Shown: positions 14,048-27,417, counted from the stretch's first letter. The stretch is DNA of 64,000 nucleotides from Octopus bimaculoides (GCF_001194135.2 NC_068988.1:47040893-47104892); one strand, 5' to 3'. Program-made: numbers and translations. The notes: generated by a model not told the origin, from the sequence alone.

Positions 14048-16001
14048 GTGAGGCAAACATAATTTTCAATAGCTCTAAACGATGTATCAAAGTGTACATA
14101 AATATTAAATTAAGTTCATCTCTCTCTTCCCCCCTCTCTCTCTTTACAACTATAGAATTATGAGCAAAAATAATTTCCTCCTACTGAAATTCTTTTACTA
14201 TATATCATAGCTATATCTCCGTCTCTCTGTAAAGTGAACAATGTAATGCAATGTTATGTAATTAATAGCAAGTAGATATGTAATTACTCTGTCTTGAAGA
14301 GATCCCAGTAGATAGAAATAGGAGCCATATACGAATATTAATGACGATATACTTGAAACAAAAGGAAAAGATAAGAAATTTGAATTAAATAAATGTATAG
14401 ATATTATGTAATATATTTCATTCTTCTCACTTTGCTAACTAAAAAGATAAAAATCAAATAAATAACAATATTATGGATGTCTAGCACGACGTTCCTCTCC
14501 CTTGCATAATATAGAGTGCTCCCATTAGATGAGATGTTGAAGGGTTGTTGTATGATGAGAGGAGTAAAGACAGGCTTTTTATGGGCAGATTCATGACTAC
14601 CTTACATTCTAAATGGGTAGATGTCGCTGGAGTGGAGACACCATGTGAGGTAAATATAGTGGTGAGAATGTAGCAGAATACACCATCGTGTGTCCAAAGG
14701 TGAATAGAAGTGAGCATAAGAATCAATTGGACTGAGTAAGGTAGCAAGAGTGTGAGTAAAGAGTGACAAATGTATATGAATATGAGGTGGATGTGGAGTA
14801 CTGTATAAAGGAACTGAATGTAGTAAATGGTGAACAGGGGTGGCAAGTCAATGATAAACGTGAGTGGTAGAGATGCCAAAGAAGATGGATGGATGTCAGC
14901 TGGGGGTAATTCAGAGGAAATGAAATGGTGTCTTACAGTAACAGGTTCTAATATATAGAGATGCTTTAAGGTGGTGAGCTGGCAAAATTTTTTCCTTGTT
15001 GGACAAAATGCTTAGTGGTATTTCATTTGTCTTCACATTTCAAGTTCAAATTCTGTCAAGGTCGACTTAGCCAATCATCATTTTGGGGTCAATAAAATAA
15101 GTACCAGATAAGTACTGGAGTTGATGCAATTGACTTATTCCCCCCCNNNNNNNNNNNNNNNNNNNNNNNNNNNNNNNNNNNNNNNNNNNNNNNNNNNNNN
15201 NNNNNNNNNNNNNNNNNNNNNNNNNNNNNNNNNNNNNNNNNNNNNNNNNNNNNNNNNNNNNNNNNNNNNNNNNNNNNNNNNNNNNNNNNNNNNNNNNNNN
15301 NNNNNNNNNNNNNNNNNNNNNNNNNNNNNNNNNNNNNNNNNNNNNNNNNNNNNNNNNNNNNNNNNNNNNNNNNNNNNNNNNNNNNNNNNNNNNNNNNNNN
15401 NNNNNNNNNNNNNNNNNNNNNNNNNNNNNNNNNNNNNNNNNNNNNNNNNNNNNNNNNNNNNNNNNNNNNNNNNNNNNNNNNNNNNNNNNNNNNNNNNNNN
15501 NNNNNNNNNNNNNNNNNNNNNNNNNNNNNNNNNNNNNNNNNNNNNNNNNNNNNNNNNNNNNNNNNNNNNNNNNNNNNNNNNNNNNNNNNNNNNNNNNNNN
15601 NNNNNNNNNNNNNNNNNNNNNNNNNNNNNNNNNNNNNNNNNNNNNNNNNNNNNNNNNNNNNNNNNNNNNNNNNNNNNNNNNNNNNNNNNNNNNNNNNNNN
15701 NNNNNNNNNNNNNNNNNNNNNNNNNNNNNNNNNNNNNNNNNNNNNNNNNNNNNNNNNNNNNNNNNNNNNNNNNNNNNNNNNNNNNNNNNNNNNNNNNNNN
15801 NNNNNNNNNNNNNNNNNNNNNNNNNNNNNNNNNNNNNNNNNNNNNNNNNNNNNNNNNNNNNNNNNNNNNNNNNNNNNNNNNNNNNNNNNNNNNNNNNNNN
15901 NNNNNNNNNNNNNNNNNNNNNNNNNNNNNNNNNNNNNNNNNNNNNNNNNNNNNNNNNNNNNNNNNNNNNNNNNNNNNNNNNNNNNNNNNNNNNNNNNNNN
16001 N

Positions 16002-16034
<33 letters not shown>

Positions 16035-16160
16035 TTGTTAATTTGAAATAACTATTAGAATTTTAATTTAGACACATTTAAAGATATTTAGTTAAAAATA
16101 CAAATTTTGAAATTTTCAATTCTTTTTTTGTTTCATTCCCTTTTTCGTATTTTTCCATAG

Positions 16161-16182
16161 AACTCATTATCATTTGGCAGTG
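16161..16182 (+). CDS. Candidate 22-nt micro-exon (phase 0-1): NSLSFGS
   Basis: tttttcgtatttttccatag|AAC...AGTG|gtgtgt; converts phase 0 to the phase 1 needed by the 20661 exon. Confidence 0.4.
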
Positions 16183-17295
16183 GTGTGTTGAAATGAGAAT
16201 TTTTGCCTCAATGATGTTTATGTTGTTTAGGTTTTGCCAGAATTTTAATTATTTTTCAGACTACATACATGGTTATCCAACATATCACCTGAAATATATA
16301 CACATACAATAATATAATTACATATGCAAATACATTAATATATATATATACATATATACATACATATATATATATATATATATAGATAGATAGATATATA
16401 TGTATGTATATACATACATATATTCATATGTACATGCATACATAAATTGAGGCATATATACATGCATACATTCATGCCTCTATACATACAAACATAGAAG
16501 CATTCATGTAACCCACACTGTGCATGTGACTTGGTACAACCAATCAAATTTGGCTTCAGCTAAATCCAAACAACATGGCTGCTGTATTTCAAATGTAATA
16601 AAGTTTAATTTACATCAACAACAGAAAAAAAAATTAGAATTAAAAGAAAAACGAAAATGTTGTTTCAAAAATATTTGAAGTGAACTCAAGATTTCGAGAA
16701 ATATTTGATGTGAAATAAAGATATTTGGGGGAAAATATATTAAAAATACATTTATACATATATATAGATATAAATAAAATTAGCAATGATTAGTTTATAC
16801 TTCAAACATTACACATACAGACATGTACACATAGATGCACATAACATGGACACACGTAGACTCATACATACATGGACACACACAAAATGTCAGAAGAAAA
16901 AGATACGGCTGATATAATATAGTAATATTTCAACAAGGAAAAAAAATTGTTTAAATCTAGACATGTTTAAGTTTCTAATTTTGAAACAACATAATAAATA
17001 ACCACCTAAGACATCAGAAAAATCAGGTGGATTGATTGCTTTACAGTATTTGATTTTTACTCCTGCATATCTGAGTTCAAAGTTTCAATTTAGAATTTAG
17101 CTTTACACTTCATCTGTCGTTCTTCCACAGTTTATATAAAATGGTTTATGATTTAGGTAGAAGGTGGGCAATTTCGAGGGGAGGGGTAAGTCAGTATTAT
17201 TGATCCCCAGTGTTTGACAGCTACTTTATTTTATCCACCCTGGTTGGATAAAAGACAAAATAACTGCAATATAGTTAGAAGAAATCATTTGCATC

Positions 17296-17525
17296 GAGCT
17301 GGCAGAAACAGCACGCCGGGCGAAATGCTTAGCGAAATGCTTCATCTGTCATTACGTTCTGAGTTCAAATTCCGCTGAGGTCGACTTTACCTTTCATTCT
17401 TTCGGGGGTCGATAAATTAAGTACCAGTTATGCACTGGAGTCGATATAAACGACTTAATCCCTTTGTCTGTCCTTGTTTGTCCCATCTATGTTTAGCCCC
17501 TTGTGGGCAATAAAGAAATAAGAAA
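17296..17525 (+). mobile_element. SINE family B (representative young copy)
   Basis: GAGCTGGCAGAA...GCGAAATGCTTAGC...GAGTTCAAATTCCGCTGAGGTCGACTTT.CCTTTCAT.CTTTCGGGG.TCGATAAATTAAGTACCAG. Other copies at ~4565-4785(-), 4805-5000(-), 14965-15146(+), 22380-22770(+, tandem), 23555-23770(+), 28938-29095(+) and 47975-48130(-). Confidence 0.85.
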
Positions 17526-17699
17526 CCATTTGCTCTAACATAAATATATTTTATTACTTGAAATAATTTAAATATATATATGTATATCTACATGCATGAC
17601 TACACACACACACATATATATATACATGTACATATGTATATATAAATATATGTATGTATATATGTGCATATATATGTATGTATGTATGTGTATATATCA

Positions 17700-18160
17700 T
17701 CATCATCATCCTCATCATCCTAGTTAACCTGCCTTTGATGTTGCTGCACCTCTTATGTGTCCATAGCTTGCACCGGGTACATCTTATAGAGTTACTACCT
17801 ACTCCTTTTCTACATACTGAGCAGGGCCATCTACCTGAAGGGGTTTGTGTTTTATCTACCTTCCTACTTATTAGGATTTTGGTTTTAGCTAGGTTGACTC
17901 TAAGGCCCTTCAATTCTAGACCTTGCTTCCACACCTGAAACTTCTCCTCTAGTTCTGATAGTGACTCCGCAATTAGGGCAAGGTCATCAGCATAGAGGAG
18001 CTCCCAGGGGCAACCTGTCTTGAACTCCTGTGTGATTGCCTGGAGGACTATGGTAAATAAGAGGGGGCTGAGGACGGAACCTTGGTGGACCCCTACTTCT
18101 ACCCGGTATTTCTCCTGCAACTGTCTCACTAGAAAGGTATTTCTCCTGCAACTGTCTCTC
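17700..18160 (-). mobile_element. RTE-clade LINE reverse transcriptase fragment with in-frame internal deletion
   Basis: ORF 17554-18255 reads FLVRQLQEKY|RVEVGVHQGSVLSPLLF...WELLYADDLALIAES...GLRVNLAKTK...WPCSVCRKGVGSNSIRCTRCKLWTHKRCS. It has RT motifs QGSVLSP and YADD plus a Cys-rich insertion. Confidence 0.9.
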
Positions 18161-18171
18161 TTTATATTTAT

Positions 18172-18340
18172 ATAGCTGTGTAGTAAGCATAGTTGTGTGG
18201 TAAGAAGCTTGCTTCTCAACCACATTATTCTGGGTTCAGTCCCACTGCATAGCACCTTGGGAAAGTGTCTTCAGCTGTAGCCTTGGGCCAACCAAAGTTT
18301 TGTGAGTGGATTTGGTAGACAAAAACTGAAAGAAGCCACA
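18172..18340 (+). mobile_element. tRNA/CORE-like SINE family A (representative copy)
   Basis: GTGTGGTAAGAAGCTTGCTT...GGGTTCAGTCCCACTGC..GCACCTTGGG.AAGTGTCTTC...GGATTTGGTAGA..AAACTGAAAGAAGCC. Other copies at ~1410-1545(-), 6580-7005(+), 27418-27560(-), 38010-38175(-), 39770-39915(+), 48855-49010(-) and 61085-61450(+). Confidence 0.85.
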
Positions 18341-18424
18341 CACACACACACGCACACACACGCACACACACACACACATATATTTATGTGTGTGTGTGTT
18401 TTTGTGTCTGTATATTCTCTAGAA

Positions 18425-18645
18425 GCTTCTAGATCATTAATAATGTCTTGTAGGTGTGTTTTGGCTACTATGTTAACATCATCCACATAGCAGGAGTACA
18501 TGATTTGGGTTATGGAGTTCTCTGCTAATTTCTCTTTGAGTATCCTATCCAACCATACCAGAGATAGGTTAACCACATCACCAGCAGTAGTGAAATCTAT
18601 GGCTGCACCTTCCTCTTGGGCGTATATCTTTTTTATTATATGTAA
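18425..18645 (-). mobile_element. Penelope-like RT fragment (catalytic YVDD)
   Basis: Reads IYAQEEGAAIDFTTAGDVVNLSLVWLDRILKEKL...MYSCYVDDVNIV, the YxQxxGxxxG...W-D...YxRYVDD layout of PLE RTs. Flanked by (CA)/(GT) microsatellites. Confidence 0.6.
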
Positions 18646-18672
18646 ATATGTGGCCCTTGAGTGTGATCATGC

Positions 18673-18728
<56 letters not shown>

Positions 18729-20660
18729 AAGAGAGAGAGAGAGAGAGAAAGAAAGATCTCTTTCTCTTTTCCTCTTGTTGCTCACTTATTCTTCTACTTC
18801 CTCCCTTTGTTTCTCCCCCTACCACTCTCTCTCTTCCCCTTACACCGGCATGGTCAAATGCTTCCGGTCAATAATCCTTTTCTTCCTTGGCTATCGTCGA
18901 GCAAACACGCGAACTACTTCGTCCCTACTTTCAAGTTCGTGCCTCACAGCGTTCATACACACATAATTTTTCTCGTCTGGCCGTAAAGCCTTTTCTGTTT
19001 GTTTTCCTGTCTTGTTTTTTNNNNNNNNNNNNNNNNNNNNNNNNNNNNNNNNNNNNNNNNNNNNNNNNNNNNNNNNNNNNNNNNNNNNNNNNNNNNNNNN
19101 NNNNNNNNNNNNNNNNNNNNNNNNNNNNNNNNNNNNNNNNNNNNNNNNNNNNNNNNNNNNNNNNNNNNNNNNNNNNNNNNNNNNNNNNNNNNNNNNNNNN
19201 NNNNNNNNNNNNNNNNNNNNNNNNNNNNNNNNNNNNNNNNNNNNNNNNNNNNNNNNNNNNNNNNNNNNNNNNNNNNNNNNNNNNNNNNNNNNNNNNNNNN
19301 NNNNNNNNNNNNNNNNNNNNNNNNNNNNNNNNNNNNNNNNNNNNNNNNNNNNNNNNNNNNNNNNNNNNNNNNNNNNNNNNNNNNNNNNNNNNNNNNNNNN
19401 NNNNNNNNNNNNNNNNNNNNNNNNNNNNNNNNNNNNNNNNNNNNNNNNNNNNNNNNNNNNNNNNNNNNNNNNNNNNNNNNNNNNNNNNNNNNNNNNNNNN
19501 NNNNNNNNNNNNNNNNNNNNNNNNNNNNNNNNNNNNNNNNNNNNNNNNNNNNNNNNNNNNNNNNNNNNNNNNNNNNNNNNNNNNNNNNNNNNNNTTATGT
19601 GCCACTCGCACAAGAGCCAGTCCAGGGGCACTGGCAACGATCTCGCTCGAAAACCCTACAAGGCCAGTCAGGCGGTACTGGCAATGGTCACGCTCAGGAT
19701 GGTACATCTTATGTGCCACCCGCACAAGAGCCAGTCCAGGGGCCCTGGCAACGATCTCACTTGGCTTGCCGGGTCCTCTCACGCACAGCACATTTCCAAA
19801 GGTCTCGGTCAGTAGTCATCACCTCGGTGAGGCCCAATGTTCGAAGGTCTTGCCTCACCACCTCAGCCCAGGTCTTCCTGGGCCTACCTCCTCCACGATG
19901 ACTGGATGGCAGTGTTGAGATACCAGTTATAACTATAGCAATCTTCTAACCACAACGCATTTTATAGATTAGTTCTTATTTTATTAACCCCCAGGAGGAA
20001 GAAAAGTGTAATTTGACCCAGTTGTATTTGAATTCAATATTTAAAAAAGTGTAACGAACTATCACTTGTGTTTCTTCCTATTCTCTACATACTTTGCTAA
20101 TCACTTAATCATACACACCATTATATTATCAGAAATTATTGCTGTGAAAGCAAAAGGTGCAACTGAAATAGTACGTTCATTAACTCAGCTGTCATCAATT
20201 TGTCTTGTGAGTAATATCTGCCTGTGATTGCTATTTATCCTATCCTAGAGGAGTTTTTATCTCTCAGCCAGATAATCTTACCTAAACCAGATCTGAATGA
20301 GCTCTAAGTTGGCACAGTAATTGACTACTAGGCAATGTAGCAAACCATTATTGAATGTTGAATTTCCAATGTACTTTTAAATATTTTATCAGTACTTCTG
20401 GTTAACTATTACATGGAGAATGTACATAGAATTCCAATAAATGCAATTGCTAGGACTAGAAAATCTAATATTTCAAGCACCTACTCCTTAATAGAGAATA
20501 TAATGAAGCTGATCAGACAAACAAATGGGTCTGTCTGTTTCTATTATTTGTTTGTGTTGGCATAAACCCTTACCAGTATTCTCAGATTCTAGATTTTATT
20601 CTCTACATTAAAGTGTTGGTTTACCAGCTCAAAGAATTATCACTTTTCAATCCTTCACAG

Positions 20661-20731
20661 AAATGTCAATAGAAAACTACTTTGCTCTCAATGACCTAGA
20701 CCACCAAACTATAAATTGGTATCATGATGAG
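20661..20731 (+). CDS. Candidate exon (phase 1-0): (E)MSIENYFALNDLDHQTINWYHDE
   Basis: cacttttcaatccttcacag acceptor, GAG|GTAGGT donor, open and compositionally protein-like frame. Confidence 0.55.
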
Positions 20732-23186
20732 GTAGGTTTCATAGAAATGCATAAGTGGGAAAATGTTTCAAAGCTTTGTAGTGCTGTGTTTTGATGCTTG
20801 CATTATCAAAACATGTAACAGACGTGTGTATATCTTAAATGTTTTAATACTGCCATAAAAAGTTAGAATAAGCATTGCAGCAAACATCATCTATTATGTG
20901 AGATGTCTCTCTTTGAGGCTAGGCAAACAGACACATGGGTAAATATCCACTTCAAATTAGACTGCGATATGCAAATTCAGCCTTCCTACATCTGTGGCTC
21001 ATACATGCTTTATAAATATGTATCACTCACTGTTTCAACTGAACTGTCAGAAGAAATGAATGAATTAAGTATAGACTATTATTGCTACAATATATTAACT
21101 ACATACACAACCTTCTACAGACTTCTATGGTAGAAGATTAGAACATTAGGAGTAGTTAGCTACATATTAATCTCGTTGTAGATTACAGAGATACTCTATG
21201 CAGTGTTTCTACAGTATAGACTTTAATAGACTTTAATAGCTCCAAAAACATAACCCGCTAGAGTTGTTTAACCACAGACCAATATTTTCCTATTGATTAC
21301 GGAGCAATACAGTTATCAAACTAGAAGCTAGTGAAGTGATAAGCTATATATTCATACAGAATGACGCAGGGGTTGCTACATTGCTACAACACATAGATCC
21401 ATTGAAGTGAATATTTTTATAGTCTATTAACACTTATAAGCTCTCGACTAAATGCCATTACTGTTATTGATTGCCGACAAATATTGTTATCATCAACATT
21501 GCAGAATATTCACTGAAAACATTAAAAGAAAGAATGAAAGAAAGAAAAAAGAAACAGTACAAAACAAAACCAAACAAATATAAAAATAAATATTAAAAAA
21601 AAGTAAGAATAAATAAATATATAAATAAGACAGAAATAAAGAAAGAAACCAAAAAAGAAAAAGAAAGAAAGAAAGAAAGAAGGAAAGAAATAAATAAAGA
21701 AAGAAGGAAAGAAAGAAATAAAGAAAAGACAGCTGTATAACTTTGAAACTAAGGAAACATTGATCGGAAGCGCGCGGATGTCTTTAAATTCTTTGTTGTG
21801 TTCACTCTTTCTGCTTGCAATGCTGTCATTAGGTTTAACCCTGTAGGTCAGTTAGCAAGGATCAACTTGATAACAATGGCCAAACATTATCACAACATTT
21901 GCTTTGAGGGACAAAGATTAAACACCATGGGGTTTCTCTCTTTCTCATTTTAACTGTTTATAGATTTTTGTTGGTCTTTGTTGTTTGCAGAGATTTTCCT
22001 CAAAATATGACAGACAACCTTTTCAGACAGCTCTGAAATACTATTTGTGCTACTTTTGGCAGCTTTATCATTTAACATTATAGCACTGTTGAAAAGTGGT
22101 CAATTGGTAGACATGATAGAGCACCCGACGACGAAATGCTTTTCAGTATTTATTTCCATCTATCTAAGTTCAAACCTTACTGGTGTTGGTGTCAGTTTCA
22201 CCTTTCATTCTCCCAGAGTTAATATAAATAAATAACAACTACGTCATGAACTGGGACCATCTTTTAAGGAAAAGATCTATGATTAATACTGTTTATGACC
22301 ATCCAACCATAATTCTTTTCATATTAATATCATTATTGTGGATAGGGCAGCGTGTTGGCAGCAACATTAGCATGCTCAAGGCGGCGAGCTGGCAGAAACG
22401 TTAGCATGCTGGGCGAAATGCTTAGCGGTATTTCATCTGTTTTTTATGTTCTGAGTTCAAATTGCCTGTCATCGTTTAGGGTTTGATAAATAAAGTACCA
22501 GTTATACACTGGGGTCAATGTAATCGACTGAATTCCTTTGTCTGTCCTTGTTTGAAACCTCTATGTTTAGCCCCTTGTGGGCAATTAAGAAATAAGAAAA
22601 TGCTTAGCCACATTCCATCCATCTCAAATTCTGCCAAGCTTGACTTTGCCTTTCATCCTTTCGAGATTGATAAAATAAATACTAGTCAAGCACTGGGGTC
22701 GATGTAATTGAGACTTACTCCATCCCTCAAAGTTGCTGGCTTTGTGCCAAAATTTGAAACCATTATCATTATTGTTGTGGTGAAGGCAGTGAACTGGCAG
22801 AATTGTTAGCATATCAGGATTACCATATTTTAATGTATATAAGGAACCCTTTTTTGTCAAAACTTAGGTTAAAAAAATATGTGAGTGTATTATACATGGA
22901 TAGTATTATAATACCTTACAAAACCTTTTTTCCAAATTTTAAGCCCCCAAAATTGAGGGGGGTTCTTTATACACGTTAGGATACAGTATGTCATGGCCAA
23001 TGCTAGTGTTTCATAACTGGCACCAATGCTGGTGACATGTAATAAGTACTCATTACACTCTTGGAGTGGTTGGCTTTAGGAAGGGCATCCAGCTGTAGAA
23101 ACCTTACCATATCAGATTGGAACCTGGTGCTAATCTTACAACTTACCAGTTTTCAGTCAAATTGTTCAACTCATGCCAGCAGGGAA

Positions 23187-23188
23187 AA

Positions 23189-23239
<51 letters not shown>

Positions 23240-23250
23240 ATGATGAAGAT
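23187..23250 (+). repeat. (GAT)n microsatellite forming an RTE tail
   Basis: Long GAT run directly after an RTE 3' end on the + strand. Confidence 0.9.
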
Positions 23251-24850
23251 TATGGAATAAATTGCCTAAGACCATTTCTTCTGGTTTTATGTTTTGATTT
23301 CCATCATATTGAGGTTGATGAAATAAGTGCCAGTTGGATATTGGGGTCAAAGTAATTGACTAGCCCCTTCCACAAAATTTCAGGCTTTATGTCAATTAGT
23401 AGAAAAAATTATTATTGCTGTGGTGTGTGGTTCACAATTAACTTGTAATCAAGTTAATGATACTAATTATAAAATGAGTATATATTTTAAGAGAAAAACC
23501 TTGAGATTTGCTACATACTGTGACAAGTTGTGACAATATATATGATTAAATATAAGGCAGTAAGCTTGCAGAATCATTAGCTTGCCACACAAAGTGATTA
23601 GCAGGATTTTGGCCGTCTTTACGTTCTGAGTTCAAATTCTACTGAGGTTGACTTTGCCTTCCATCCTTTCAGGGTCAATAAAGAAAGTACCACTTGAAAA
23701 CTGGGCTGGTGTGATTGATTTTACCTCTCCCTCAAAATTACTCACCTTGTGCCAAAATATCAAATCAATATATTGGATTAAATACATTTTAGTACTGCCT
23801 TTCTTCTCTGCAGAAAACTGTTTATTTTCCTAGTTAGAAGTTAATACTAGATCTGTAAAAGGTGGTAGATTAGTAGAATTTTTAAAGAACTGGGTAAAAC
23901 ATCTTGTGGTATTGAGTTAAAGACTGTTATACCCCAAGCAGAAAATTCAACTGAGATCACCTTTATCTTTCATCTTACCAGATTGCGATAATAAAGTACC
24001 AGTCAAGAACAGTTGTTGCTTTAGCCAACTATAATATTCTTCTCCCTAAATTTATGGTCTTTTGCCAATATTATGAATCAATATTTGACTAATGTATAGG
24101 GTAGCAGAGTTAACTAAAACAGTAAAGAAACAGGCCAAAATATTTACTGTATTTAAAAATCAAAGAAAAGAATTAGAATGTTAAGAAACTGGTGATGATC
24201 TGCATTGGCAAGTGTAGTTAATTGATTTTATACCAATATAAAAAAAAATACTACCACCACTGATACCAGCATGAGCACCACCACTGCTATCAGCAACAAC
24301 AGGAGCAGAAACAGAAACAAGTGAACATGCTGGAACTTGTGTTCTGGGAGGAGTGGATTAATGAACCCAATGAATAGAAACGTGGGGCTACCTGAAATTA
24401 GTGGAGAAGTGTCTGGACAGAAGCTAGAAGACACATTGCAAGCTTACAGAGGTGAGCTGTAGTGGCATTGTAACACATGTTCTACTCAATATTCAGTAAA
24501 ATCCATCCTTACAAAAGACCAAACTGGTTGGGCTTCCAGGGTTGGCAAAAAAAGAAAAAAAAAGAAAATCAGGCCATTGATTCTTCAACTGAAGCTACAA
24601 AGGGTTCTAGATTAAAAAGCTTGTCCCATGGACTGCTCTTGCTGGGATAAAGTTGAGGACTTGATCAAACTTGGCTGGGTCACCTGGTTGAGAGGATCTG
24701 AAGTTTAAGGATCTGAAACATTTAATTACTTTCGGTCACACTACTGATGACGTTTGCTAATCATACAAAAAGATGTATCATGCACAGCTTCCCTCATTAC
24801 ATGCCCTATAGTAACTGTTTTTGAGTGTAAACAAACAATAATTAATATTA

Positions 24851-26114
24851 TTGGGTCAACCCATAAATAATGTGGTATTTTTATACTTCTTTTATTTTTA
24901 AAAATTAAAAAAAAACAAAGGTCTTTTTTAACCTAAAACATACTCTCCTTCATTTTCTACAATGCTCTTCCATCTATCTGGTAGACTTGCAAGGCCCCTT
25001 TTCCAAAATTCACTTGTCCATGATGAAAAATACTCCTCCAGTACTGTTCTGTCCTCGTCTACTAAATTCATATTTTTTCTGTCCAAATGATTTTGAAGAC
25101 TGTGGAATAAATGTTAATCAGATGGGGCAATGTCTGGTGAATGTGGTGGGGTATGCATCGTTTCTCATTCAAACTACACCAGCCTTTGGAATGTCATCCT
25201 TGCTGCATTATCCTGATGAACTTTCGTCTTGATACCAAAGATGGTCGTTTTTCTTCTAGCGCTGACTTAAGCCACTCAAGCTGCTCACAGTAGATCTCCT
25301 TTGCTATTGTTTGGTTTAGATTTAAAAGTTCAAAGTGGACTAAAACTTTCATATCCACCAAACAGATAATAACATATTACGTAAGTGAAAATCTTCTTTA
25401 GCTTGGGATGCTGGTGTTTCTCCTTTCCCTGCCCACTATCTTCAATACTTGATACTTTTATAGAGAACCCATTTCTTATCCCCAGTCACCATTTGGTCCA
25501 AAACAGGTTGATTCGTGAGATGCAATGGCAAAGAAGAGCACACATTCACTCTCTGCATGTGATAAGATATGGAAAGTTTGTGAGAAACCCATTGACCCAA
25601 TTTGCTGACTTTCTTGATGGCACCCAGGCATTGATGAATGGTTGAATTACCAAATCTAAGCTTCTCTACTAGTTTCTCAACCGTCACGATGGGATTTTGT
25701 TCCACCAGGGTTTGCAGGATGTCCTCATCGAGCTCTACAGATCTTCCAGGATGAGGCTTGTCTTCTAGCTTGTAGTTTCCGGCTTGGAATTTCTGGAATC
25801 ACTGTTGACACTGGCTTATGCTCATTGTCCAATACCTATATACTGCATTCATATTCCTTGCACTTTCTGTTGCCTTGTTGCCTTTATTGAACTCAAAGCA
25901 AAATATGCGGAATATGCTACTTTATCACTTCCATTATAGCTTTGAAAAAATAACTATTAAAATCGATCTGTACTCTTCAAAACTTGCACTAAGCATAAGT
26001 AGAAGGTAAAATTATTACCTGACTTTATAGCAAGTTGATGCATGTTGTTTACCCCCACCCCAACTTTTAGTTCATGAAATTTTAAAAAACTGCCATATTT
26101 ATGAGATGATACAA
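24851..26114 (-). mobile_element. Near full-length, decayed mariner (DD34D-type) DNA transposon
   Basis: TA-flanked TIR TTGGGTCAACCCATAAATAATG at 24851 and a reverse TIR ending at 26114. Minus-strand transposase pieces: FQAGNYKLEDKPHPGRS (GRP-like), KVSKLGQWVSHKLS (WVPHEL-like), VTGDKKWVLY (first catalytic D), PHSPDIAPSD*HLFHSLQNHL (YSPDLAPSD-like). Contains stops and frameshifts. Confidence 0.9.
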
Positions 26115-27177
26115 TATATATATATATCATCATCATCATCATCATTTAACGTCCATTGTCCATGCTGGCATGGGTTGGACGGTTTGACTGGGCTGGCATG
26201 CTGGAAGGGTGCACCAGACTTCAGTCTGATTTGGCATGGTTTTCCACAGCTGGATGCCCTTCCTAACGTCAACCACTCCAAGAGTGTAATGGGTGCTTTT
26301 ACATGCCACCCACATGGATGGCATTTGCGTAACGCAAGGGGTTTGTTTACGTTCACCGGCATGGGTGCCAATTTGCATGACAACTTTTAATTCAGGCAAG
26401 CGAAAAATCTGCATTATTTATGGGATGACCCAATAAAAACAGTCTAAGAAAAAGGCAGAAATAACTAAGATGGTGCACTTCTAGACATTTTGAATGATGT
26501 ACGAAGAAATCAATACAGATGAAATTATCAATAAGGTTGAATAATAATAGATTTGTTACTTGACAGTCAAGAGTTTGAATCTCACTGAAACTTGTGTTCT
26601 TTTGGGAAAAATTTCACACTGTCTACTAAAGAAATAAGAATGAATCAAGTGTAGGTACAAGATCCACTAGGACTCTTTCTTCATGATAAATTGTTGTCTC
26701 CTGCAAGAAAAGATTTTTTTCTATAAGACACATCCTGGCTACAAATCTCATATAATGCTAAGCTAGGATTCATTTCTAAATCGTAAGGGTTTTGAGAGTC
26801 TTTTGCAAGAAAATACGAAGATGATATATAAATTCTAATAATATGATAGAATATAATATATATATAAAGAGAAAGAGAGAGGGCAAGTATTCTAAAAACC
26901 TCACTTGATCTGGATGCCTTTTAAATTCAGAAAGTAAGATTTGTAGCCTGTGCCCCCATAAGAAATAGGTTCCCCTACTTACTGACTAGTGAACAGAAAA
27001 TGCACATAAACTGACTCGTTTCGGACATGACTGGAACTGTTCAAAGGGAAGCAACTCCATTTCTCCAATAAGGTGTTCTGCTTGGAAAAAATTTCCTTTC
27101 AGGGATTTTTCAGCATCAAACTAACCAAGATTTTATTTTTACCTCCATTAACAAAGATATTATATGCCTTTGGCCAG

Positions 27178-27228
27178 CATCTTCGACAAGTCCCCAAAAA
27201 TAGAGCAAAAAGTGACATGAAGCCAAAG
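27178..27228 (+). CDS. Candidate exon (phase 0-0): HLRQVPKNRAKSDMKPK
   Basis: atatgcctttggccag acceptor, AAG|GTAACA donor, 51 nt open. Confidence 0.5.
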
Positions 27229-27381
27229 GTAACATTATGACTGGCCATAACCAACAACTACATAATATATATATATATATATATATNNNNNNNNNNNNNN
27301 NNNNNNNNNNNNNNNNNNNNNNNNNNNNNNNNNNNNNNNNNNNNNNNNNNNNNNNNNNNNNNNNNNNNNNNNNNNNNNNNN

Positions 27382-27417
<36 letters not shown>

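Noticed and set aside
19595-19760. ~55-bp direct repeat next to the gap
   Set aside because: It is an internal repeat of the RTE 3' UTR; not a CRISPR array or a novel unit.
21778-21846. Signal-peptide-like mini ORF MSLNSLLCSLFLLAMLSLGLTL*
   Set aside because: A pyrimidine-rich tract gives hydrophobic residues by chance; there is an in-frame stop and only a weak in-frame donor.
24325-24451. Open frame ending at GAG|GTGAGC (LMNPMNRNVGLPEISGEVSGQKLEDTLQAYR)
   Set aside because: There is no credible acceptor, and it is adjacent to a decayed LINE-like 3' end at ~24570-24740.
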